Part shown: in pieces, positions 27,601 through 36,857 of the stretch | Numbering within the stretch: position 1 is the stretch's first letter | How the letters are laid out: each line of letters opens with the position of its first letter | Assembly (NCBI GenBank): GCA_039815185.1 | Contig: JBCBZT010000020.1 | Location: 32,001 to 96,000 of the forward strand | DNA: 64,000 bases | Source: Cyanobacteria bacterium P01_A01_bin.123 | GTDB lineage: Bacteria; Cyanobacteriota; Cyanobacteriia; Phormidesmidales; Phormidesmidaceae | Direction of reading: 5' to 3' | Made by a program: the position numbers and the translations under genes | The notes under the pieces: model-generated | The model's input: only the letters and a program-made list of their open reading frames with translations | Database searches by the model: none | What the model was told of the DNA's origin: nothing

Positions 27601-29508
27601 GGCTCAGGCTATTTCTTTACCAGTAGCAGTGGTACCGATCGCGACGATGGGACAGGTTCTGATGCTAATCAGACAACCGGCTTAACCGATGTGATTACTA
27701 TCGCCAGCGGCGACGACGAACGCGACATTGATGCGGGTCTTACCACCACCCCACCAACAGGCCAAGCCACCCTGGGTGACTATGTCTGGTTAGATGCCAA
27801 TGGTGATGGCATTCAAGATGCCAATGAAACGGGTGTTAACGGGGTCAGCGTCATGCTCTATCAGAGTGACGGCACCTTTGTGGGCACCACCCAAACCAGT
27901 AATGACACCAATGGTAATCCGGGGTATTACATCTTCCAAAACCTGCCACCCGGTGATTACTACGTCGAGTTCAATCCACCCGCAGGGTACAATGCTTCTC
28001 CGCAAAGTCAGGGGAGCGACACAGCTCAAGACTCCGATGCTGATCCCACCGATGTCGATGGGACAACGCCAGGAACCCAAGCCCGAACAAATCCATTTAC
28101 CCTCAGCGCAGGTCAAAACGAAACTGATATCGATTTCGGGATCGTGCCCCAACCGCGTATCGGTGACTATGTCTGGATTGACCTCAACCGTGACGGCATC
28201 CAGGATGGAACAGAGGTTGGGCTCAATGGCGTCACAGTCAATCTCTATGAAGACGGTAATCTCACCCCCGTAGACACGATCGTGACTGCCGACGATATTC
28301 AAGGCAATCCTGGTTATTATGCCTTTGCCACTGGAGGACTTAGCGGTGACTATTCGATTGAGTTTGTGCTGCCTAGCGGATATGAATTTTCGCCACAAAA
28401 CTCTGGCAGCGATGACACCCTCGACTCAGATGTCAATACCGCAACGGGGCGCATTGAGATTACTGGCGTCACCAACACAACCACTGATTTGAGTCTAGAT
28501 GCTGGGGTCAACCAACCGGCACCAGGGCCTGGCTTCGTAGGCGACTTTGTCTGGTTAGATCTCGATGAAGATGGCATTCAAGATCCAACCGAAACTGGCT
28601 TTAACGATGTCACGGTCAGACTGCGTAGGGCTAGCGATGACAGCCTTTATGCTGAGACAGTCACAGCAGATTCTCTGGGGCGACCTGGCTACTATCTGTT
28701 TAGCAACGTACCGGATGATGACTACTATGTTGAATTCGTACTGCCAGAAGACTACTTAGCCTCACCTGCAAATGCTGGCAGTGATGACTCGGAAGATTCC
28801 GATGTGGATAGTGCGGATGCAGATCCGAATGTGTCAGGGGTAGAGACTGATGCGGATCTGAGTACGAGTGCGATTGAGCTAAGAACGCCATCATTCAACG
28901 TGACTAGCACCTCCGACAATCGCACTATTGACATGGGGATTTACCGTGACCCTAATGCCCCTGAACCTCCAAGCGTGGTGCTACTCAAGCGAATCACAGC
29001 TATTAATAACGTTCCTATTGCCTTCGACGGGCCTCAAACCCCAGAAGAAGATGAGGTTGATGATCTATTTCCATCTAACTTTTTAGAAGGGACAGTGGAT
29101 GGCGGTGAAACGAGACCGGGCGATGAAATTGAGTACACGATCTACTTTATTTCTAACGGCGATCGCGCAGCTGAAAATGTGGCTTTCTGCGACCTAGTGC
29201 CAGAATACACAACGATCAGTTCAACTGCTTTCAATGCCAACCCAGCCACCCAAGATACGGGGGGAATCCCAGGGGCCGATCGCGGCATTGTGCTCGGTCT
29301 TGGTAGTGATGAACTCTCAATGACCAATGTGGCCGATGGCGATCGCGGGGTTTATGTACAACCGGGTGATCCGACTGGACTCGACTGTGGCGGCCCGAAT
29401 AGCAATGGTGCCGTAGTTGTGTTCATTGGCGATATTCCCAACGCTAACGGCAACCCAAACCCCAACACCTCCTACGGATTCGTCAGATTCCGAGCGCGGG
29501 TGCAGTAG
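24622..29508 (+). CDS. Large secreted adhesin-like protein: five DUF11 domains, four SdrD B-like repeats, C-terminal truncated DUF11 (1628 aa)
   Basis: Signal peptide ending PARA; repeated K...(T/V)D.(L)P...N(T/S) domains; four (L/I/V)GD(F/Y)VWxDxNx(D/N)G(I/V)QD repeats from 27361; ends 'YGFVRFRARVQ*'. Confidence 0.88.
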   Translation: MSLLPRYLSLFARAAKNRPSALLAAATILTTTLGFVTPARADSTLNVIKTALDLNGADITDVESGQDFLFEIKWSCSLDDINVDICEDVQISDVIPTELEYVGLEEGEGARANYNSGTRTFTYDLGTIQGDSAAGSIAIRVRFPEGVTADNVTANNTAVIESATANPPGQKSSSDDITSDVSNPAGKWNVTKNKLLPSGDPILDGDVTYEVSLAPTQRTGNLNLENVVMTDTPEVGAEVVSVSNGGVFNDGDGDGIVDPGDTITWNVGDRTVGQETYRAQVVLSYPAATFNSSGAAPDTLPDVTNSVTGAGTFEVTSDAFSDDGEVSHGFVDPDPGLANFQKRNQGFVYGSRPDIGTEFYYDYRIQNTGNVAFDTLTVFDDNLPPEVDALRFRTGRYSNDAGATFTLQYSTDNVNFQNVPGVVDLVVADTEQQNFTLPTGTRGIRIIYENAPVGFNANTRPRLYVEVRTTMEDTGATIQDGEDIDNTATLTGVFNGNDYTDDDDVETFVDRPRAVGIISKEDLTNSGPYAPSELVEFRLTAGNRRNARRTLENPVVVDILPDGLAYVANSYVFDAGDSGLSAPSNFEVIENYNGSGQTLLRWTWEGQAADYDDGSDGNAFNDDKTWTITYKAGIEEGDIQGSITNTVYLSTYDTSTDPADFVCHSRGDNDIGDSDDIDGDGKTGDDNVYNSNSSTTNDNPLCRATADVTVTTLPFLEARKRVQGGLNNSYEISGQSYPGGAVDYQITVTNTGTTPIEDLVVVDIFPNIDDTSVLNTNVPRNSEWRPYLVGPIEVQVPTAQVYYSVSSNPCRLNPLDGTDQLWPPGCVDDWTTTFPNDPTTVTAVKIDYGSFRLNPLTSLTNDWPMRVPVVAPTNESAFNSFALTGRRIDRTSPLLPQEPPRVEVDLQTDDPPVLGDFVWNDANNNGVQDDGENGINGVVVELYRPGADGIPGTPDDEFVDFTMTGPNHFGFPGFYEFAYLDPGDYFLKFIPPTGSGYFFTSSSGTDRDDGTGSDANQTTGLTDVITIASGDDERDIDAGLTTTPPTGQATLGDYVWLDANGDGIQDANETGVNGVSVMLYQSDGTFVGTTQTSNDTNGNPGYYIFQNLPPGDYYVEFNPPAGYNASPQSQGSDTAQDSDADPTDVDGTTPGTQARTNPFTLSAGQNETDIDFGIVPQPRIGDYVWIDLNRDGIQDGTEVGLNGVTVNLYEDGNLTPVDTIVTADDIQGNPGYYAFATGGLSGDYSIEFVLPSGYEFSPQNSGSDDTLDSDVNTATGRIEITGVTNTTTDLSLDAGVNQPAPGPGFVGDFVWLDLDEDGIQDPTETGFNDVTVRLRRASDDSLYAETVTADSLGRPGYYLFSNVPDDDYYVEFVLPEDYLASPANAGSDDSEDSDVDSADADPNVSGVETDADLSTSAIELRTPSFNVTSTSDNRTIDMGIYRDPNAPEPPSVVLLKRITAINNVPIAFDGPQTPEEDEVDDLFPSNFLEGTVDGGETRPGDEIEYTIYFISNGDRAAENVAFCDLVPEYTTISSTAFNANPATQDTGGIPGADRGIVLGLGSDELSMTNVADGDRGVYVQPGDPTGLDCGGPNSNGAVVVFIGDIPNANGNPNPNTSYGFVRFRARVQ

Positions 29509-30774
29509 TTAAGACAGGAGTCTGCGCCGTAGCCTATCCAGGGCTGACATGCGACTTAAATGTCGCACCCAGTCCCGGCCTCTAAACCCGCCAAACCGAT
29601 AGGCTACGCTATGAACCCTACCCTTGGGATCCGCCAGACCAATGTAGACCAATCCCACCGGCTTCTCCTCGGTACCGCCCCCTGGGCCAGCAATCCCTGT
29701 GATGCTGAGTGCCCAGTCAGTGCCAAGATGTTGCTTGACGCCAAGGGCCATTTGATTGGCGACTGATTCACTAACGGCACCGTGGGTTGCAAGGGCTTGG
29801 GCATCAACCCCAAGTAGTTTGACCTTAACCCCATTGTCATAGGAAATAATGCCGCCCCAAAAGTAATCGGAACTGCCGGGGACTTCTGTGAGAATTTGGC
29901 CTAAGCCGCCGCCGGTACAAGATTCAGCTACGGAGAGAGTTTGGTGATGCGATCGCAGCAGATTTCCCAAGACTGACGCTAAGGTGTCATCATCAGCACC
30001 GTAGCAGTCCATATCTGCGATCGCGCGAATTTTGTCTTCTACTGGAGCAATCAGGTTTTTGGCCTCAGCTTCGGTCTTTGCTTTGGCCGAAATCCGCAGC
30101 CGCACTTCTCCATTACCTGCATAGGGAGCAACGGTGGGGTTTTTGAGGTCGAAGACGGGGGCAACTTTTTCCGCTAGGCCCGATTCGCTCACACCCCAAA
30201 ACCGCAACACCCGACTGTGAATGACCGACTGTGCCCAACCGTGCTGTTCTAGATAGGGCACGGCAGTTTGCTGCCACATAGCGTGCATTTCTCGCGGTAC
30301 CCCCGGAAACGTCATAATTACTAGTTCAGATTCTGGACTCCAAAGAATGCCTGGTGCGCTACCCAAGGGGTTCGGCAGCACATCGGCGCCTTCCGGGAAA
30401 CAAGCCTGTTTGCGATTGTTGTCGGTCATTACCCGACCCCGCTTTTCAAACTTTTGGCGAATCTTTTCGAGTTCATCGGCCCGTTCAATCAGCGGGACAT
30501 CAAAAAAGCTGGCTAGGGTTTCAGTTGTCAAATCATCGGGGGTGGGGCCAAGGCCGCCCGTAAATATTAAAAGACGCGATCGCGCTTTGGCCGTCGCGAT
30601 CGCGTCTTTTAGCCGTTGAGGGTTGTCACCTACCACAGTTTGGTAGTAGTGGGGAATACCGAGTTGGGCCAACTGCTGAGCCAAAAACTGAGCATTGCTG
30701 TTGAGAATTTCCCCCAGCAACAGCTCCGTACCCACACAAATCACTTCTGCACACATTTCCATGGTATTCCCCAT
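29509..30774 (-). CDS. cinA: Competence/damage-inducible protein A (MocF-like + PncC domain)
   Basis: 'VGTELLLGEILNSN', 'TGGLGPTPDDLT', 'SVAESCTGG', 'SITGIAGPGGGT'; true start may be 30762 or 30756. Confidence 0.95.
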   Translation of the reverse strand: MGNTMEMCAEVICVGTELLLGEILNSNAQFLAQQLAQLGIPHYYQTVVGDNPQRLKDAIATAKARSRLLIFTGGLGPTPDDLTTETLASFFDVPLIERADELEKIRQKFEKRGRVMTDNNRKQACFPEGADVLPNPLGSAPGILWSPESELVIMTFPGVPREMHAMWQQTAVPYLEQHGWAQSVIHSRVLRFWGVSESGLAEKVAPVFDLKNPTVAPYAGNGEVRLRISAKAKTEAEAKNLIAPVEDKIRAIADMDCYGADDDTLASVLGNLLRSHHQTLSVAESCTGGGLGQILTEVPGSSDYFWGGIISYDNGVKVKLLGVDAQALATHGAVSESVANQMALGVKQHLGTDWALSITGIAGPGGGTEEKPVGLVYIGLADPKGRVHSVAYRFGGFRGRDWVRHLSRMSALDRLRRRLLS

Positions 30775-31037
30775 CCCAACAACGTCTACCAGACACCATC
30801 ATAGTCAGGAGGCAGAAGTCAGAAATCAGAATAAATGACTGCTGTTATGGGGAACCCCTAGAACTTGATCGACGACACAGAAGTAGGACAGTGTTTACAC
30901 TAGATAAGCAGCATCCGACTTGAAAGCTGGAGTTTTTAGCTTTCAAGAAGCATGAGTCTGGATGTAGATGAGACTTAAAGTGCGTATCTTCATTGAATAG
31001 TGCAACAGTGATTAATCCAAATTTTCCCTTCACCTTT

Positions 31038-31670
31038 ATGCGACGAGTCGGTTTTGCAGCGAGTGGCCTGAGTGCAACACTGGTAATGCTGGTAATCCCA
31101 CCTCAGGTTTTGGCGCAAGGTCCAGACCCTGATATGGTCATCGCAGTTGACACCAACGCTACTTCGTCTAATTCGCTCTATCATCCTCAACCCATAGGCA
31201 ATGGAGTCATTAGCACTGGGCCTAACCCCTTCCCTGCTAATCTGCCGTCTGTAGAGCCGATTTTCCCTGACGCACCAACAGAAGCAGTGCGATTAGTTTT
31301 GCGCCTTAGCGATCGCCGGGTTTATGTCTATCGAGGGAATGAGCTTGAAGCCAGCTTTCCAGTTGCGGTGGGTCGAGCCGGGTGGGAAACGCCTACCGGG
31401 GAATTTGAAGTGTTTTCCATGGTGGAAGAACCCGGTTGGACCAATCCGTTTACGAATGAAGTGATGCCGCCAGGGCCCGATAATCCACTGGGCGATCGCT
31501 GGATTGCTTTTTGGTCAGATGGCAACAACCTGATTGGGTTTCATGGCACACCCAACCCCGATTCTGTCGGTAGAGCTGCTTCCCATGGTTGCGTTCGTCT
31601 CTACAACGAAGATGTGCGTCAACTCTACGCGATGGTTGAAGTAGGTACCATTGTGGTGATCGAACCTTAG
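31038..31670 (+). CDS. L,D-transpeptidase (YkuD/ErfK family)
   Basis: Signal peptide; 'FPVAVGRAGWETPTG', 'NPLGDRWI', catalytic 'IGFHGT...ASHGCVRL'. Confidence 0.93.
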   Translation: MRRVGFAASGLSATLVMLVIPPQVLAQGPDPDMVIAVDTNATSSNSLYHPQPIGNGVISTGPNPFPANLPSVEPIFPDAPTEAVRLVLRLSDRRVYVYRGNELEASFPVAVGRAGWETPTGEFEVFSMVEEPGWTNPFTNEVMPPGPDNPLGDRWIAFWSDGNNLIGFHGTPNPDSVGRAASHGCVRLYNEDVRQLYAMVEVGTIVVIEP

Positions 31671-31819
31671 ACTATCGAAGATTGATAGTGCTCAACACAT
31701 GATGATATTGCTGTCTGAAAGCTATACTGCCTTATTCCCGTTTCATTACTTTTAGGGCACTACTCGAACATTAAAACCTGGAGCTTTCAGAACAACATCT
31801 ACGGGTTGCGAACTCTACG

Positions 31820-32722
31820 TTAGAACCTGCTCTCTGAAGAGTATCTATTTTCTGACGGATAAGGTTGGGAGAACTTTTGCTGTAGTAGTAACCACAAGAA
31901 GGGGATGTCTCTAAGCAAGTAACGTCGCCAAAGACGCTTAGGCTCTGACCGTAAACGATACAGCCATTCTAGGCCTAGGTCACTAATCCATTTGGGCGAT
32001 CGCGACTTATAACCAGCTTCAAAATCGATAGCTGCCCCTAACCCCATAAATATTTTGATATTGGGCAATTGATGGCGATGCTTAGCAATCCACTTTTCCT
32101 GCTTGGGAGCCCCCACGCCTACTACCAAGACCGTCGCCGAAGATTGGCGAATCATTTCCGAAATCTGCTCACACTCCACTTCGTTCTTCTCAAATCCAAA
32201 AGAAGGAGAATGCGCAGCCACTACAATCTCTCGCCCAATTCGAGCATTGATATTTTTCATAGCTTTCTGAGGTACTCCCTCAGCCCCACCCAGCAGGAAA
32301 ATCTTGATCTCATCATTAGCTCTGTGATGCTCACAAAAGACAGGCAGCAGATCTGAGCCAGAGATTTTCTCTTTGATAGGCGTACCCAAAAACCTTGATG
32401 CATACAGCAAAACTTGGCTATCACACACCCGATAATCAGCTTGTGCATAAGCAGTCCGAAACTCTGAATCATGACGTAAACTCATCAAATGGTCTACGTT
32501 TGGCGTAAAAACAGCGCCTTCATTTAAGCGAGTCAAAAACTCATCCCACGAGAGATTATCAATGGGGATATTGAGAATTTCAATATACTCCTGGAGAGCT
32601 TCTACCTGCATCACTGGAAGCTGTCTAAATTTAGAGACGGGAACTGTTGGATCAACCTCAACAAAACTCTTGCGGTAACTACCCAAACTCTCAAGTAGAG
32701 CCGTGATGACTGTAGGAGCCAT
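31820..32722 (-). CDS. WecB/TagA/CpsF family glycosyltransferase (GT26)
   Basis: 'VFTPNVDHL', 'KISGSDL', 'VGVGAPKQEKWI', 'GLEWLYRL.SEPKRLWRRYL'. Confidence 0.93.
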   Translation of the reverse strand: MAPTVITALLESLGSYRKSFVEVDPTVPVSKFRQLPVMQVEALQEYIEILNIPIDNLSWDEFLTRLNEGAVFTPNVDHLMSLRHDSEFRTAYAQADYRVCDSQVLLYASRFLGTPIKEKISGSDLLPVFCEHHRANDEIKIFLLGGAEGVPQKAMKNINARIGREIVVAAHSPSFGFEKNEVECEQISEMIRQSSATVLVVGVGAPKQEKWIAKHRHQLPNIKIFMGLGAAIDFEAGYKSRSPKWISDLGLEWLYRLRSEPKRLWRRYLLRDIPFLWLLLQQKFSQPYPSENRYSSESRF

Positions 32723-33555
32723 AACTGTAAAAGCCTATGCTAGATGTGAATCAAGATGAACTAAAACGAGCGAGTCTAAGATGCAACTTACAAGCTAATG
32801 CTCAAAAATCTACAATCTATTCCTCGGCGAAGATTGGGACAAAAGCCCCGCGTAAAATTCATACACCCCGTACATCGGTTCAGGCTGGACTCAGCATGTT
32901 ACGCAAAATACCTGGCAACTACCATCTGCCCCATAAGCTGGATATAGCCTATCTCTCCTGCCGTACAGAAGTAAATATACTTAAAGTAGGATTCATGCGA
33001 TCCCTAAGTTTATACCAAAATATGGGATCTTCACGGACATCTGTCAAGGGGGTTTCGCATCTCAGTAGCCCTTATGTCGCACTTGCTCAAATGAATCAAG
33101 TAAGAGTTTAAATCCCACCTTGGTCAGCAAGAACAACCTTTGTGCTTTTGCTTACAGTTTTGCACTGCTTCATAAACCAAGCTCAACCTGTAATAGATGG
33201 ATAGTCTTATCTTGAGAAGCACTACTCAAAGTACTCAAAGTTTCAACACCCAGAAGGAAAGACTAGCAAACAACTCAAAAAGTTTCAGAAAGGTTCAGTA
33301 AAATCACTTGCCTCAGTATATCCGTAATGTTGGAATTTCACTGTGATAAATTGTAAGATATTATACCGAAATTAAATGAAATCGAACTAAATGGGCTAGT
33401 GAATAAAGTTGGGCAAATGACACAACTCCAATTAGTAAGCTGAGGTGATGTCATGAAAACGGTGCAAACGTTCTGTCCGTCCAGTCAGAATATTTTGGAT
33501 CACAAACTTCTGCACATCAACACCGTCTACACTCTGGCTAATTTATGTCTATCGA

Positions 33556-34746
33556 TTAGTCAAATATGTTGTTTAGCAAATTGAACAAATTAAAGGGCGT
33601 AGTAATGGGTTGAAGTGTGCGGGCTATACCGTCTAGCACATTGAGATACCCTCGCTTTGGCACAACAATTAGGTCGCCGTCTCGAATGGGTGTCGCGTCT
33701 TCAAAATCACTCAGATTTAAGGTTTGATTTTCCATCTGGCCAGTGTCTCCCAATCTCAGCAGAGAAACCGTCCGGAGATTAGCATCATCATTATGCCCTC
33801 CTGCCAAAGCCATGGCTGTTAATACAGTGCCGTCTGGTGAAACTTCTACCTCACCAGGGCGGTTCACTTCACCAATCACACGAACCCGTACCAGTTCTGG
33901 AGCAAGGCTTGAACGCGACACGAGTTGTGGATCGACTTCAGAGCTATCAGGGGCTTCTTGAACAAAAACAATGTCTCCATCTTGAAGCAAAATATCTTCG
34001 CCTTGGGTGCCCTGGAAAATGGACTCCCAGAGGTTGACAGTGAGGGTTGTCTGACGACCATTGGGAAGTTGCCGCTGCACCCTAATGTTTCGTAGGTCTG
34101 CCGTGCGGCGTACCCCCCCCGCGTTGACCAGGGCCGTACTTAGGGTAGGTGTGGTGGAGCCTGAGCTAAGCTGTGAGTCATTGCCTACTCGGGTATTGAC
34201 ATTGGTTAAACTATTCAACTGCACAGGGCCGGGGCGATAGACTTCGCCAGCAATCGTGACCACCAATGGGCGCAGGACGGACAAGTTTAACTCTACGACT
34301 GGGTCTATAAGATAAAAACTCAACCGACTCGTAATTTCTGCTTGTAGGGCCTCTAAGGTTTTGCCAGAAGCAACTACCGAACCGATCAGGGGTAAGAGCA
34401 CAGTGCCGTCAGGGAGAATCACTCGGGTTTGAGAAAATTCAGGATAGTCAACAACCGCAAGACCAATCTGGTCACCAGGGCCTAGCAAATATCTTGAAGT
34501 ATTGGTGTTGGACTGAATCGTCTCGGGAGATGAATTTTGGCGGGTCAACGGTGTTACCTCAGGGGACTCAAGATCCTGTTCGGGTGAGGCTGAGGGTAAT
34601 TGTGGCAGTTCGTCAGATTGTGCAGAGAGGCTTTCAGGATCAGTAACCTGGGCGATCGCCATACCTGAATCTATGCACAAGACTAATGATGGCAAGGCTA
34701 AGCACAACCAGCCTCCAAATGCTGCTAAAGCTATTTGATAGTTCAT
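33556..34746 (-). CDS. wza: Polysaccharide biosynthesis/export protein (Wza/OPX family, SLBB domains)
   Basis: 'YLLGPGDQI', 'DGTVLLPLIGSV', 'IAGEVYRPG', 'VIGEVNRPG', 'DGDLIVVP'. Confidence 0.88.
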   Translation of the reverse strand: MNYQIALAAFGGWLCLALPSLVLCIDSGMAIAQVTDPESLSAQSDELPQLPSASPEQDLESPEVTPLTRQNSSPETIQSNTNTSRYLLGPGDQIGLAVVDYPEFSQTRVILPDGTVLLPLIGSVVASGKTLEALQAEITSRLSFYLIDPVVELNLSVLRPLVVTIAGEVYRPGPVQLNSLTNVNTRVGNDSQLSSGSTTPTLSTALVNAGGVRRTADLRNIRVQRQLPNGRQTTLTVNLWESIFQGTQGEDILLQDGDIVFVQEAPDSSEVDPQLVSRSSLAPELVRVRVIGEVNRPGEVEVSPDGTVLTAMALAGGHNDDANLRTVSLLRLGDTGQMENQTLNLSDFEDATPIRDGDLIVVPKRGYLNVLDGIARTLQPITTPFNLFNLLNNIFD

Positions 34747-35276
34747 CTTAGGCTTTATCCCCAGGCGTAATTCCGGTTAATTCTCTCGTTCGCTCTTGAG
34801 TCAATCTCACAGTAGAAATCACTCATGAATTCCTCAGTAGCACTACTCGAAGACCTTTTGGAAGCTTGGTACATGCACCCTTCCACATCGTGTAAGATCA
34901 TAGCTAAAACGCAGCGCATACATCAAAGTAGGCTGCTGTGACTGCCCGACGCCTCGCAGGGAGAAGTGTAACTCGGTTAAACACATTCTAAACATACTAC
35001 TGTTATCGTAGTGTTCCGGATCAATCAGTACATAAACAGGAGTCCATGCTGTCTACGCTGGCTCTAACAGAAAATTGGCCACACAGATTTCAATACTAAA
35101 ATAGATTTTGTACCCAGCTAAGGTATTCACTCTGAACAAAATCGTAATTTGGAGTAATCTTAGTTGTGTTTCCATTCACCTATTGATGCTGCACTCATCT
35201 ATCGCTAAATCACGAAGTCTCAAAGCTTTTACCAAGGCTTAGCTGCCTAAATCTCACTTTCTAAACATAGGGATAT

Positions 35277-36857
35277 TCACTTCATTTCAAAGTGATAAAT
35301 CCTGAAATAGTTGAAATAAAAATCTTCTTCGAAATCATACAGAATTTCCATTGCTTGCATAACTTCATCGTCTTGCGCGATAGAGTATTCTCGATTAGAC
35401 ACGAGCAGCACTTTTTCCGAATTATCAGTCAACTCACGTATTTTGTCTGCAAAATCGCCTGTTCTCAGGCTGTTTGTAATATATTTGCCATCAAGTGTTT
35501 CAGGATCTCCATAATATCCTAGAAGATATGTATCACCTGCCCCACCAATCAAAACTGACCTCGTTTCAGAATCGCGGTTCTGAATCACATACTGAGCAGC
35601 TGACCGAAAATCATCTTTATGGAAAGCTTCATTGAAGTAATAGTTATGCAAGGAAAATAAATTAATCCCAATCAAGAAAGTAAGTGAGATGTGCGACAGC
35701 CTATTTACTAGCTGCGAGTCTTTAAATGATTCTTGTGATGGTCTATTGTCCAAAAGTACAGGCAACAAAATAGCGAGTATTGGCCAAGTATAACAAGCAT
35801 GCCGAGGAACCCAGTTGTACTTAGTGATAAATGCTAAGAAGAGTCCAAAGAGTAAAGAAAGGAATAGTGAACTTATTAAAAAGAGTTCTACTGAGTAGTA
35901 TCGTTTATTGCTTTGCCATCTGGCCAACTTAACAGTCAATAAGATAATTGCAATTGTAATAAGTGTTATCAGCAACCATAAAAGCTGGGGCCAATAATTC
36001 ACTATCACGCTCAACTTATCATCTCCTCTTAGCTGTGACTGAAGTGGACCAAATGTTGTACCTGCGAACAAGCCATAAAGCACGTATGCAGCATTGTATA
36101 TAAGCGGGAAGTAAGTTCTAGAGACACCTATCTCCGTAGGAGAAGTTGAAGTTGGCGAGTTTAAGTAGAATAACAGGGGGAAAAAAGACAGTATTGCCGA
36201 TGGGGCCCACCAAGCGAACCACAACTTTAAGCGTCGCGTTGCTAAAAGATGTGAAATACTTAAAGCCCCTGAAAAGCAAAGCATCAAAATATTTAGAAAA
36301 ATACTCACTGCGCTTAGAATAGCAAAAGCTGCTCTAAATAATATTGGAAATTTGATCTGGTGATTTGAAAAAGCTCGACTGATTACAAATAGCTGACAAG
36401 ATACGAGTAAAATAGCTAAAGAGTAATCTCTAGCTTCTTGACTGTAGTAGACACAATAAGCACTTACCGATATCAGTAGAAATGACCATAAGGCATGTCG
36501 TTCCCCAAACCAGTATTGGGCTGTAAAAAAAATAAAGACGGCACCTACGATGCCGGAGATAGCTGAAAAGGAGCGGATAGCAAACTCACTTGCACCAAAA
36601 ACTTCCCTCCAGCCAAACATAATGAGATAGTAGAGAATGCGATATCGGTCGCTTAAAGGTGTTTCTAGAAGTCTTAAAAAAGCATCTTGAAAAGTTGGCC
36701 CCTCAGAAAAATATAAACTGTATCCTTCATCGATCCAAAAGCTTTGATTTGCGATCATAAAAAATCTCAATGAGACGCAAATCAAAGTTATTACTAATAG
36801 GCAAAGATAGTAGTTCGTGCGATTTAACTTTGATTTAAATTTAGTCAGACTAACCAT
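35277..36857 (-). CDS. Multi-pass membrane glycosyltransferase, GT-C type (ArnT/PMT, GT39-like)
   Basis: 'QSFWIDEGYS', 'YYSQEARDYSL', many TM helices, soluble C-terminal domain; start 36857 or 36887. Confidence 0.82.
   Translation of the reverse strand: MVSLTKFKSKLNRTNYYLCLLVITLICVSLRFFMIANQSFWIDEGYSLYFSEGPTFQDAFLRLLETPLSDRYRILYYLIMFGWREVFGASEFAIRSFSAISGIVGAVFIFFTAQYWFGERHALWSFLLISVSAYCVYYSQEARDYSLAILLVSCQLFVISRAFSNHQIKFPILFRAAFAILSAVSIFLNILMLCFSGALSISHLLATRRLKLWFAWWAPSAILSFFPLLFYLNSPTSTSPTEIGVSRTYFPLIYNAAYVLYGLFAGTTFGPLQSQLRGDDKLSVIVNYWPQLLWLLITLITIAIILLTVKLARWQSNKRYYSVELFLISSLFLSLLFGLFLAFITKYNWVPRHACYTWPILAILLPVLLDNRPSQESFKDSQLVNRLSHISLTFLIGINLFSLHNYYFNEAFHKDDFRSAAQYVIQNRDSETRSVLIGGAGDTYLLGYYGDPETLDGKYITNSLRTGDFADKIRELTDNSEKVLLVSNREYSIAQDDEVMQAMEILYDFEEDFYFNYFRIYHFEMK

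Noticed and set aside
27790..28398. 202-aa antisense ORF, and similar shadow ORFs across the DUF11 genes
   Set aside because: Expected by-products of biased codon usage in long genes; no independent coding signal.
29506..29511. Abutting stop codons of the adhesin and cinA with no terminator
   Set aside because: Tight convergent packing is common (also at 10715-10718); no evidence of functional antisense regulation.
31038..31670. L,D-transpeptidase as the enzyme anchoring the fibre machinery to peptidoglycan
   Set aside because: It is separated from the operon by the oppositely oriented cinA and is an ordinary cyanobacterial YkuD protein; proximity alone is insufficient.
32737..33111. 124-aa plus-strand ORF
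   Set aside because: No recognisable motif, and it lies antisense in the promoter region of the WecB/TagA gene; probably spurious.
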